From Methanocellales archaeon (lineage in GTDB: Archaea; Halobacteriota; JAWCLZ01), in the NCBI GenBank assembly GCA_038850285.1, contig JAWCMA010000025.1, forward strand, positions 347-16,190: DNA of 15,844 bases, given 5' to 3'. Both the position numbers and the translations under genes were made by a program. Of this stretch, positions 6,847 through 14,600 are shown piece after piece. Position 1 is the first letter of the stretch; each line of letters opens with the position of its first letter. The notes beneath the pieces are model-generated. The model saw only the letters and a list, made by a program, of their open reading frames with translations, had not been told where the DNA came from and did not search any database.

Positions 6847-7718
6847 TCTCTAGATTTAAATCTCCTCAGCAAGCACTCTGTACCTGCTTGCCAAAGTATA
6901 GCTTGAATCCCTATCTAGGTCGCTGCGAGCATGCTTGCATATATTGCTACAGCGTGAAATTCCCGAGCTTTAAAGGTATAACTAGGCCTAGGTTGAAACT
7001 TTTAGCTGATATTGAATCAATGGCTAGGAATACCAAGCCCAAGCTGCCGGTTATGGTTAGCGATGCCACTGATCCCTATCAGCCCCTTGAGAAGCATTAT
7101 GGGATCACTAGACATTGCTTGAGGGTATTAATAAAACATGGTTTTCCCCTTTTAATCTTAACCAAATCCGATCTAGTAACTCGCGATATCGATCTTTTCA
7201 AAGGCGCTAAATGCATAGTTGGAATCACGATTACCACTCTAGATGAAGCGCAAGCTAAGATCATTGAGCCAAATGCTCCATCTCCTGAGAAGCGCTTATC
7301 AGCGTTGGATAGGCTTAGTAAAGCTGGCCTGCGTACTTTTGCTAGGATAGATCCAGTTATTCCTACTTTTAATGATCGCGAGGAGATGCTAGAGAAATTA
7401 ATCAGTGAAATTGCTAGATCTGGGGCTAAGCAGATAACTGTGAGCACCTTAAAACCTGTTAGAGGTTTTTTCAATTCACTTGCGAAAATTGATCCTAGGC
7501 TTTCAAAGCGCTTGCTCTCAATGTATAATCAAGGCAAGTGCCTTCTTGGCTATAGATATCTACCCTTTGAAGTTCGCAGGAGTATTATTCTAAAGCTATT
7601 TAAAATTGCCATGAAGTATGACATTGCCTTTGCCTCCTGCAGAGAAGGTTTAGCGCAGCTGAATACTTCTCTCTGCGATGGCTCAGCGGAGCTGCGTTTT
7701 ATCGAAAAATATATCTAG
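6840..7718 (+). CDS. Radical SAM protein, spore-photoproduct-lyase-like (SPL/Rv2578c-related) family
   Basis: LNPYxGxCEHACIYCY (CxxxCxxC), SDATDPYQPLE, LILTKS, GITITT, EPNAPSPEKRL and RIDPVIP motifs. Confidence 0.88.
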   Translation: MKLSRFKSPQQALCTCLPKYSLNPYLGRCEHACIYCYSVKFPSFKGITRPRLKLLADIESMARNTKPKLPVMVSDATDPYQPLEKHYGITRHCLRVLIKHGFPLLILTKSDLVTRDIDLFKGAKCIVGITITTLDEAQAKIIEPNAPSPEKRLSALDRLSKAGLRTFARIDPVIPTFNDREEMLEKLISEIARSGAKQITVSTLKPVRGFFNSLAKIDPRLSKRLLSMYNQGKCLLGYRYLPFEVRRSIILKLFKIAMKYDIAFASCREGLAQLNTSLCDGSAELRFIEKYI

Positions 7719-7742
7719 TTTGTTCGCTTATATACGAACAAA
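7719..7742. promoter_or_regulatory. Perfect inverted repeat TTTGTTCG-N8-CGAACAAA upstream of fwdG; candidate operator overlapping a TATA-like element
   Basis: Arms at 7719-7726 and 7735-7742, spacer CTTATATA. It fills most of the 35-nt intergenic gap and ends 11 nt before ATG 7754. Confidence 0.6.
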
Positions 7743-7753
7743 TGTGATTAAAT

Positions 7754-8215
7754 ATGACAAGTCCAATGGAAGTCTTTCAATTATTACCTAAAACAAATTG
7801 CAAGCTATGTGGAGAGCAAAGCTGCATGGCCTTTGCATTCAAACTCATCTCTAAAGAACATAAATTAGAGGACTGCATTCCCCTCTTTAAAGAGAATAAA
7901 TATGCTTCGAATAAAGAAAAGCTCGAAGCAATTTTCAAAAAAGTTGAAAAAGCAGCTGAAACTGGATTAATAATTCACTCTGAAAAATGCTTTGGATGCG
8001 GCAACTGCGTGGTAGCCTGCCCTGTAAATGTAGCCGAGGACCCAACGGGCTCAGCTCTTGGACTTGGGCCTAAAAACGATAAAGTAATATTGAGGGTAGT
8101 CAAAGGAGTTATTACCGCTAACAATGTTCAAAAATGCCGCAGATTCGGGCCAGATAGAATACTCTGCAATGGCTGCATCGTAACCTGTCCAAGCGAGGCA
8201 ATTGAATTTGTTTAG
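7754..8215 (+). CDS. fwdG: FwdG-like Fe-S protein: N-terminal putative Fe-S domain fused to a 2[4Fe-4S] ferredoxin
   Basis: LLPKTNCKLCGEQSCMAFA...DC (FeS domain as in RnfB/AcsC N-termini). CFGCGNCVVACP and CRR...LCNGCIVTCP. Directly abuts the fwdB-like gene. Confidence 0.8.
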   Translation: MTSPMEVFQLLPKTNCKLCGEQSCMAFAFKLISKEHKLEDCIPLFKENKYASNKEKLEAIFKKVEKAAETGLIIHSEKCFGCGNCVVACPVNVAEDPTGSALGLGPKNDKVILRVVKGVITANNVQKCRRFGPDRILCNGCIVTCPSEAIEFV

Positions 8216-9415
8216 GTGAGAAATTTGGCTCTAGCTCTCTGTCCAGTTTGCTCTTGCCTATGCGATGATATTGAAGTGATAAAAAGTGCTATAAATATAG
8301 AAAACATAAGCAATGCATGTCGAAGAGGCACAGCTTACTTTTTAAATTACAACGCTGATCGCCTAGAGCCACGCATAGATGGTAGAAAGGTTGAGGTTGA
8401 AGAGAGCATAAACAATGCAATTGCTTTACTTAAAAATTCCAGAAAAGTGTTGATCTACGGTCTCGCAAACATCGATGATGAAGCTCAGAAAATAGCTTTT
8501 GAAATCGCAGATAAAATTCCCTCAATCCTAGGGGATTCCTCGGTTTTCAGCTTGCTCGTGAAGAAAATCTTAGAGGGCAGGATTAAAACCAATACCCTTG
8601 ACTACGTTAGAGACCGCGTGGATACAATTATCTACTGGGGCTCCGATCCAAGTAATTCCCATCCTCGCCATCTCTCGCGATATACCTATTATCCCAGAGG
8701 CAAATATAGGCAGCGAGGCTGGGAAGAGGATAGATATTTAATTGGCATTGATATAAGGGATTCTTCCACTTCTAAGATGTTCAAGAAATTTTTGAAGATC
8801 AAACTAGGTGAAGATTTGGAGTTGATGAAGGCATTGATGGCCTCTCTAAGCGACAAGCTTCCAGTTACACCTCTCGATAAAAAAACAATCATGGAGCTTG
8901 CGAGTTTGCTTAAAAAAGCAAAATATGGCATAATCTGCGCGGGATTTGGATTAGCCCAAGGGCTAAATAATAACTTCGAGTTCTTTGAGCAGCTGCTGAG
9001 CAAGCTCAATGAAAGGGGAGAATTCAATGTAATTCCAATGCTCGAAGGAGCCAATGCATTTGGATTTGAAAAGCTAAAGCACGAGAAAAAAATCGATTCC
9101 ACAATTGAGCTACTCCATAGAGCAATTTTAAATAGCGAAGTCGACCTAGCGCTTATCATCAAATCAGACCCAGCTATAGAGCTCCCTTATCCCCTTCAAA
9201 AGAACCTCTTGAAAATCCCCTTAATTGTAATTGACTCCCGCAGAACTCTCACTTCAACCAAAGCAAAGGTTACAATACCAAGCGCGGCCACAAGTATAGA
9301 GGCTAGCTGCTCGCTCCATAGAATGGATGGAGTTGTGGTGAAGGGAGAAAAGCTATTCGACTCCAAAGCAATGAGCGATGCAGAGGTCTTAAGGAAATTA
9401 AGGGAGGGGATGTAA
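8216..9415 (+). CDS. fwdB: Formylmethanofuran dehydrogenase subunit B paralogue, active site apparently degenerate
   Basis: CPVCSCLCDDI...NACRRG [4Fe-4S] motif. IIYWGSDPSNSHPRHLSRY, IDIRDSSTS and HRMDGV are FwdB signatures. GTG start at 8216, or TTG at 8225 after GGTGA 8215-8219. Confidence 0.85.
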   Translation: MRNLALALCPVCSCLCDDIEVIKSAINIENISNACRRGTAYFLNYNADRLEPRIDGRKVEVEESINNAIALLKNSRKVLIYGLANIDDEAQKIAFEIADKIPSILGDSSVFSLLVKKILEGRIKTNTLDYVRDRVDTIIYWGSDPSNSHPRHLSRYTYYPRGKYRQRGWEEDRYLIGIDIRDSSTSKMFKKFLKIKLGEDLELMKALMASLSDKLPVTPLDKKTIMELASLLKKAKYGIICAGFGLAQGLNNNFEFFEQLLSKLNERGEFNVIPMLEGANAFGFEKLKHEKKIDSTIELLHRAILNSEVDLALIIKSDPAIELPYPLQKNLLKIPLIVIDSRRTLTSTKAKVTIPSAATSIEASCSLHRMDGVVVKGEKLFDSKAMSDAEVLRKLREGM

Positions 9416-9416
9416 T

Positions 9417-9806
9417 ATGCCGGTTAGCGAGTTCTTAATACACCCTGAGTATGAAATACTGCTCATTCTATATAGAGATATCTTTGTGGATGAAGCCCTG
9501 CTTAAGAATAGGTTTTCAAGAGAGTTCCAGGAGGCAGCGGCGGCTATAAGGCTTGATGAAATGGATATTAAAAAAATTGGATTAAAAGAGGGCGGCAATG
9601 CAAGGATAAGTGGTTCTTCAAAGGCAATCGTTGCAAGAGTAATCAAGGATCAAAAGCCCCATCAGGGATATGCCTTCATGCCATTGAGTCCTTGGTCAAA
9701 CTCCCTAATGCACTTCAATGGCGAAAATTTTGCAGCAATGCGCGTGGCAAAAGTAAAAATATCCCATACCACGCTGCCTGTAACTGGGCTCCAAGAATTG
9801 CTATAA
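9417..9806 (+). CDS. fwdD: Formylmethanofuran dehydrogenase subunit D-like (molybdopterin dinucleotide-binding domain), divergent
   Basis: LDEMDIKKIGLKEG...PHQGYAFMPLSPWSNSL matches the FwdD double-psi barrel pattern. It lies 1 nt after the fwdB stop. Confidence 0.78.
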   Translation: MPVSEFLIHPEYEILLILYRDIFVDEALLKNRFSREFQEAAAAIRLDEMDIKKIGLKEGGNARISGSSKAIVARVIKDQKPHQGYAFMPLSPWSNSLMHFNGENFAAMRVAKVKISHTTLPVTGLQELL

Positions 9807-10562
9807 AGCTAGATTTAACCTATTTTTATCTTTTCCTTGGCAGATCTCTCCAGATCGCACGCTTCCCAAGCTTTCAATCCTGCCCTTAACCCAGATTTCT
9901 CCACCTAGCATATCGCCCCCTACATTGCCACCTGCGTTTCCCTCTATTATAATTTGACCAGCTCTCATGCTGCATCCAATGGAATCGCGAGCACTGCCTT
10001 TTATCCAAATTCTCCCGCCAGACATGTTGAAGCCCGCGCCTGCTCCAGCGCTGCCCTCCACGATTATTTCTCCATTTTGCATGCTCTCCCCAAGCCAGTC
10101 CCCTGCTTCACCTTTTATTATTATTCTACCTCCATTCATGCAGCTTCCAACTCTATCTCCCGCACTGCCCTGAACAATTATCTCCCCTCCCTGCATATAA
10201 TAACCGAGATAGCTCCCAACGTTTCCTCTTATAGAGATCTTCTTTCTATTTTCCCTGCCAAGGTAGTTTATCCTTTCCCCGAGTTCAAGTTCAAATTCAC
10301 TATCCTTTGATTCATTCACCAATAGCGAGAGAAAAACCCCTGAGTGGGTGAATTCTCTATCTTTAACTTCATAAGGATACTTGGAAAATCTATGGATATC
10401 CCTCGCGCTATAACTCCTTGGCCTTGGAATTTGCAGAATATCATCTATATAGTAAACCTTAGCACGCCATTTTTCATAGTCCTCGATAATCTCACCCAGT
10501 CTATCCAAGCGCCTATAGCTATCTCTACCCCTAGGGGTGTAGTCTTTGAATTTTTCAAGCAT
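9801..10562 (-). CDS. Stand-alone GXGXG beta-helix protein (FwdC/GltB C-terminal-like) with unrelated N-terminal domain
   Basis: Six 19-aa coils of the form GxAGxxxGxxMxGGxIxIx. The N-terminal ~100 aa do not resemble the FwdC N-terminus. 6-nt tail-to-tail overlap with fwdD. Confidence 0.82.
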   Translation of the reverse strand: MLEKFKDYTPRGRDSYRRLDRLGEIIEDYEKWRAKVYYIDDILQIPRPRSYSARDIHRFSKYPYEVKDREFTHSGVFLSLLVNESKDSEFELELGERINYLGRENRKKISIRGNVGSYLGYYMQGGEIIVQGSAGDRVGSCMNGGRIIIKGEAGDWLGESMQNGEIIVEGSAGAGAGFNMSGGRIWIKGSARDSIGCSMRAGQIIIEGNAGGNVGGDMLGGEIWVKGRIESLGSVRSGEICQGKDKNRLNLAL

Positions 10563-10634
10563 TTTTTTAAAAACTCTTAAGTTGTTTTATGATAAAGATT
10601 TTGTTTAACCATTAGACCATTGATTAGATTCAAT

Positions 10635-10642
10635 TTTATATA
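10635..10642 (+). promoter_or_regulatory. Putative archaeal TATA box in the divergent AT-rich intergenic region
   Basis: TTTATATA ends 24 nt before ATG 10667 and no RBS is visible, which fits a leaderless or short-leader transcript. Confidence 0.5.
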
Positions 10643-10666
10643 TTTTGAAAAGCAAATTCATAAATA

Positions 10667-11800
10667 ATGAGAATATTTACCCATCCAAGACCAGCGAAAT
10701 GCGCGCTCTGCGGGGAAAACTCGCCATTTATATCTGAGTTTCTAGGTATTTGCGGAAACTGCATAAAAACAAAATGGAATGAAAGCCTACCCTTTGTGAA
10801 GCGAGCGCATCAAATAAGTAGAGAGCGATTTAACCTCCCACCTGAGCCTCCCAGAGCAAGTAATGGGGTTAGCTGCGAGCTCTGCGTGAATAAATGCAGG
10901 ATTCCAGCTGGTGGAATGGGATACTGCGGCTTAAGGATGAATGAAGCCGGGAAGCTCAAGCACCTAGCTGGCACAGTAGAGAGGGGAATACTAGAGTGGT
11001 ATTATGATCCCCTTCCCACGAATTGCGTGGCAAATGAAATCTGCCCAGGATGCGCGGGAACAGGCTATCCTAAATATTCCTATTCGCAGCATAAACCTGA
11101 GTATGGCTATAAAAACCTCGCGGTATTCTACGGCGCCTGTACATTTAACTGCCTATTCTGCCAGAACTGGCACTATCGCTATCTCACAAACAAGCGTGCA
11201 CCTTGTTATTCTGCTCAAGAGCTAGCAAGCAAAGTCGATCCCTATACCTCCTGCATTTGCTACTTCGGAGGAGATCCAACGCCTCAGCTGCCGCATGCAA
11301 TTCAAACATCTAAAATCGCTTTGGAAGAAAATAAGAATAGAATCCTTCGCATTTGCTTTGAATCAAATGGTAGCATGAGGCTATCTCTTTGCAAGCAAAT
11401 CGCTGAGCTCTCCCTTGTAAGCGGTGGAAATATTAAGTTCGATCTTAAAAGTTATAATGAGCATTTAAACATCGCTTTATGCGGCGTTACAAACCAGCAA
11501 ACTCTTGAGAATTTCAAATATCTCGCTGAAGTGGGAAAGCAGCGCAGGGAGCCAAAGTTTTTAACCGCGAGTACACTATTAATACCCGGCTATGTCGATG
11601 CAAGTGAGGTTGCGCAGCTCGCGAAGTTCATAGCATCTCTAGACCCAGAGATACCTTATTCATTGCTTGCTTTTTATCCTCAATTTTTCCTTACAAATCT
11701 CCCAACCACGCCGAGAAAGCAGGCAGAAGAGTGCTTGGAGGCAGCGAAGAAAGCTGGGCTTAAAACAGTTTGGATTGGAAATATTCATCTACTTAGCTGA
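10667..11800 (+). CDS. Radical SAM protein, PFL-activating-enzyme-like / AmmeMemoRadiSam-related, with N-terminal Cys-rich extension
   Basis: GACTFNCLFCQNW (CxxxCxxC), YFGGDP, FESNG, KFDLKS, TLLIPGY, LAFYP and WIGNIHLL. Extra CALC...CGNC and CELCVNKC...GYCG motifs. Confidence 0.88.
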   Translation: MRIFTHPRPAKCALCGENSPFISEFLGICGNCIKTKWNESLPFVKRAHQISRERFNLPPEPPRASNGVSCELCVNKCRIPAGGMGYCGLRMNEAGKLKHLAGTVERGILEWYYDPLPTNCVANEICPGCAGTGYPKYSYSQHKPEYGYKNLAVFYGACTFNCLFCQNWHYRYLTNKRAPCYSAQELASKVDPYTSCICYFGGDPTPQLPHAIQTSKIALEENKNRILRICFESNGSMRLSLCKQIAELSLVSGGNIKFDLKSYNEHLNIALCGVTNQQTLENFKYLAEVGKQRREPKFLTASTLLIPGYVDASEVAQLAKFIASLDPEIPYSLLAFYPQFFLTNLPTTPRKQAEECLEAAKKAGLKTVWIGNIHLLS

Positions 11801-11823
11801 AAAAAATAGGCAGAGGTGAATAC

Positions 11824-12744
11824 TTGGAGCCAGAACCAATAAGCAGAAAATTGAGCTTCTCAGACTTCGCTGCAATCCTAGGGATGGGCTTTTTTCTTTT
11901 AATAGTTGAAGCATTAGCTCTATTTCTAGTTAGGCCTTTTCAAGAGAATAATATGCAGATCTTCGAGGAACCCACATCCATCTGGAATCCAGTTGCCTAT
12001 ATAGTTATAATCCTTAGCTTCACCATTTTCATATTAATAACCCTTAGATATGGGAAAAAATGGATGGTGCAAGCATTCATTGGATTTGCGGTAATGAGCA
12101 CGCTTTTAATAATTTTCGATGTCTTCACCTCAAGAATACTCCCGCAATATATAGCTTCACCTGCGGCTTTAGCGCTGACAGTTTTTTCAGCCGTACTTCT
12201 CTATAAATACCCAGAGTGGTATGTTATTGATACAGTGGGCATAGTAATAGGCGCAGGTGCAGCATCGCTATTTGGAATCTCCCTCGCCATACTTCCAACC
12301 ATAGTTCTCTTGATTGCACTTGCAGTTTACGATGCAATCTCAGTTTATAAAACCAGGCATATGATTAAGCTAGCAGAGGGAGTGCTTGCTCTTAAAATTC
12401 CAGTATTACTTGTGATCCCTAAGAAGCGCCATTATTCCTATAGAAAGCAAAAATCTCTAGGTAAAACTGGAGAGCGCGAGGCATATTTCATGGGCCTCGG
12501 CGATGCGGTTATACCCGCTATCTTAGTTGTCTCAGCAAATGTTTTCATGAGGGAAGCCCCAGGGATTATTGCGATGATTAATTACCCAGCGCTTGGTGCA
12601 ATGATTGGCTCGCTGATTGGCTTCGCAGTGCTCATGACCTTTGTAGTCAAGGGCAAGCCTCAAGCTGGTTTGCCGCTGCTTAACGCAGGTGCAATCTCAG
12701 GGTTCTTATTCGGCTGCCTTGCAAGTGGAATTAGCTTTTTTTAA
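11824..12744 (+). CDS. Presenilin/SPP-family intramembrane aspartyl protease (archaeal PSH-type)
   Basis: About 9 hydrophobic segments. Catalytic YD (AVYDAISV), GxGD (MGLGD) and PAL-equivalent PQAGLP. GAGGTGA at 11813-11819 precedes the TTG start. Confidence 0.93.
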   Translation: MEPEPISRKLSFSDFAAILGMGFFLLIVEALALFLVRPFQENNMQIFEEPTSIWNPVAYIVIILSFTIFILITLRYGKKWMVQAFIGFAVMSTLLIIFDVFTSRILPQYIASPAALALTVFSAVLLYKYPEWYVIDTVGIVIGAGAASLFGISLAILPTIVLLIALAVYDAISVYKTRHMIKLAEGVLALKIPVLLVIPKKRHYSYRKQKSLGKTGEREAYFMGLGDAVIPAILVVSANVFMREAPGIIAMINYPALGAMIGSLIGFAVLMTFVVKGKPQAGLPLLNAGAISGFLFGCLASGISFF

Positions 12745-13747
12745 AATTTTTAAAATTTTTAAAAAGATCCTGTGCATGAGGTAGGAATTCCCGCTGCTCT
12801 TTGCTTCTGCCTATAAGCGCTATTAATCTACTTTTAACCTCCTCAATTCCCTCGCCTGTGAGTGAGGACATGCTGAGTTCAGCTATACTGGGGATTTCTT
12901 GTGATAAATCAGCTTTATTTGCAACCACTAGCACTGGTACCTTAATGAGCTCTTTTATCTCAGCTAGGAGATTAAGCTGAGCTTTTAAGGTATAGCCGCA
13001 GGTTTCACTGGGGTCTATTATGAAAAGGATCACATCTCCTATATAACGAATGGCAGCTATTGCTTGTCTCTCAATTTGATTCCTTTGGCTAAGGGGGCGG
13101 TCAAGCAATCCAGGGGTATCTATTACTTGATAGCGCTTTTTGCCAACATAAAAATGCCCCACCATTATTCCCTTAGTGGTAAATGGATACTCAGCAATCT
13201 GAGGCTTGGCACTGCTAGCGCGCGCCACGAAACTCGATTTACCTACATTGGCGTAGCCCGCAACTACTATGGTTGGCTCTTCAGATATAGTTGGTATTCT
13301 CCGGAGTTTTTCTCTAGCTTCCGCTAGAAATTCTAGGTCCGCTTTAATATCGCTGACAATCGAGGCCATTCTACCAAATGCCTGCTTCCTAAGCTTAGGT
13401 GCAGCTTCACTTTCTCTTATCAACCCTGCGTATTTGCGGGATAATTCCTTTATCTTCTTCGCAGCCCAGTTTACATTGTATAGCGATTTCTTTAGCTTGT
13501 CAACTCCAACTAGAATGTCAGCAAGCTCTCTATAGAACCCCGGTAGCCTATCCAGACTCGGGAATTTTCTTACAGCTAGGGATAAATTATCCGAGAGTAT
13601 ATTCCCAGCGGTTAGCACGCTTGCCTTCTCAGCATCGATTATAGAAGTTGAAACCTTACCCTTTCTTGCTCTCGCTGCTCTTCTAAAAGCTTTATCTATG
13701 AGCTCTTGAGAGAGTGGTATATTTGCTATTTGCTTGAACATATTCAT
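12731..13747 (-). CDS. NOG1-family (Obg-related) GTP-binding protein
   Basis: Helical N-domain (ELIDKAFRRA, FPSLDRLPGFYREL). G1 GYANVGKSS, G2 YPFTTKG, G3 DTPGL, G4 NKAD. Confidence 0.93.
   Translation of the reverse strand: MNMFKQIANIPLSQELIDKAFRRAARARKGKVSTSIIDAEKASVLTAGNILSDNLSLAVRKFPSLDRLPGFYRELADILVGVDKLKKSLYNVNWAAKKIKELSRKYAGLIRESEAAPKLRKQAFGRMASIVSDIKADLEFLAEAREKLRRIPTISEEPTIVVAGYANVGKSSFVARASSAKPQIAEYPFTTKGIMVGHFYVGKKRYQVIDTPGLLDRPLSQRNQIERQAIAAIRYIGDVILFIIDPSETCGYTLKAQLNLLAEIKELIKVPVLVVANKADLSQEIPSIAELSMSSLTGEGIEEVKSRLIALIGRSKEQREFLPHAQDLFKNFKNFKKS
12736..12765. terminator. (TTTTTAAAA)x3 tract at the convergent gene junction; possible bidirectional oligo-T terminator
   Basis: Units at 12738-12746, 12747-12755 and 12756-12764. 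T runs occur on both strands at the protease/GTPase overlap. Confidence 0.45.
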
Positions 13748-13796
13748 TTAAAAGCACTTTTTGCCTTATGGCAAGCTTGGAATATTAATCTTCTGC

Positions 13797-13836
13797 GAGG
13801 AATAAATTTAAAAAAGGGAAGAAAATTTATTTCCTC
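13797..13836 (-). terminator. Putative terminator after fwdC (pyrimidine/T tract inside an inverted repeat)
   Basis: Minus strand reads TTTTCTTCCCTTTTTT just after the stop. It is flanked by the inverted repeat AATAAATTT (13801-13809) / AAATTTATT (13823-13831), extendable by GAGG/CCTC with one bulge. Confidence 0.45.
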
Positions 13837-14600
13837 ACGTAGAGTGTGCCTTTTCCATCCACTGATAAGTCGCCTGTGTATTTTAAATATTCCTTGCCAT
13901 CTATGACCTCTGTGCCTTCGAGTTTGAATGCAGGCAGCATTTCCAAGACTTTGCCCTCGATTCGGATTTTCCCGCCTTTCATCTCTCCCCCTGGAATTGT
14001 GGCATTGCCCTTTATTATTATCTCTCCATTGCTCATGCTTAAACCAGCTAGTATACCTGCGTTTCCATGGATTTCGATTTTACCCCCTGCCATTTTCTCG
14101 CCGCAGTAATCCCCAGCATTGCCTTTGACTATAATTGTACCTCCAGTCATCCCAGTCATTTCGCCGCGATATGCTGAACCAACGTAGTTGCCTGCATCGC
14201 CATTTATTATTATTTCACCGCCTTTCATCTCCCGCCCTGCCCAAGCATCTGCGTTGCCATTTACCGAAATTGTGCCTCCACTCATAAAGGCACCGAGGTG
14301 CATATCTACATCGCCGCTGAGGTCTATTCTACCTGCTGCCATTTTCTCCCCTATGCGTTTAACTCTTGGAACACTTCCATTTATCACTATGCAAGTATGC
14401 TCCACCTGTCCTTGGCCCTCTACTTTGACCTCGAAGACATCGCCGATCTTTGCTCCTCTATTTCCAATGTAAATTGGAAGGGATTTAATCTCCTGAGCTG
14501 TTTTTCCAGCGAAGTTCTCAGGCCTTATAGTCTCGGCTTCTATTGAAATATTCTCAATTTGCTTGGGCGTTAATGTTACCACGAAGGTCATTGGTCTCAC
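13827..14600 (-). CDS. fwdC: Formylmethanofuran dehydrogenase subunit C
   Basis: IEAETIRPENFAG, IGDVFEV, RVKRIGEKM, VGSAYRGEMTGMTGG, GXGXG coils and terminal YTGDLSVDGKGTLY. GTGA overlap with the fwdA stop; alternative ATG at 14591. Confidence 0.95.
   Translation of the reverse strand: MRPMTFVVTLTPKQIENISIEAETIRPENFAGKTAQEIKSLPIYIGNRGAKIGDVFEVKVEGQGQVEHTCIVINGSVPRVKRIGEKMAAGRIDLSGDVDMHLGAFMSGGTISVNGNADAWAGREMKGGEIIINGDAGNYVGSAYRGEMTGMTGGTIIVKGNAGDYCGEKMAGGKIEIHGNAGILAGLSMSNGEIIIKGNATIPGGEMKGGKIRIEGKVLEMLPAFKLEGTEVIDGKEYLKYTGDLSVDGKGTLYVRK

Noticed and set aside
8522-8575. Selenocysteine or frameshift as the explanation for the missing FwdB Cys
   Set aside because: There is no in-frame TGA and the reading frame is continuous with recognisable motifs on both sides.
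7097-9646. Antisense ORFs 7097-7474, 8689-9162 and 9398-9646 (also 755-952, 2033-2263, 4290-4499, 5599-5838)
   Set aside because: They lie opposite well-supported genes and have no motifs of their own.
10607-10630. Short imperfect repeats ACCATTAG/ACCATTG/ATTAGATT in the divergent promoter region
   Set aside because: Too short and AT-rich to distinguish from chance without comparative data.
11824-12744. Presenilin-like protease as the prepilin peptidase for the pilin operon
   Set aside because: It is an A22-type enzyme (YD, GxGD, PAL-like), whereas class III signals are cut by A24 PibD/FlaK/EppA. It is 5 kb away in another transcription unit and nothing else links them.
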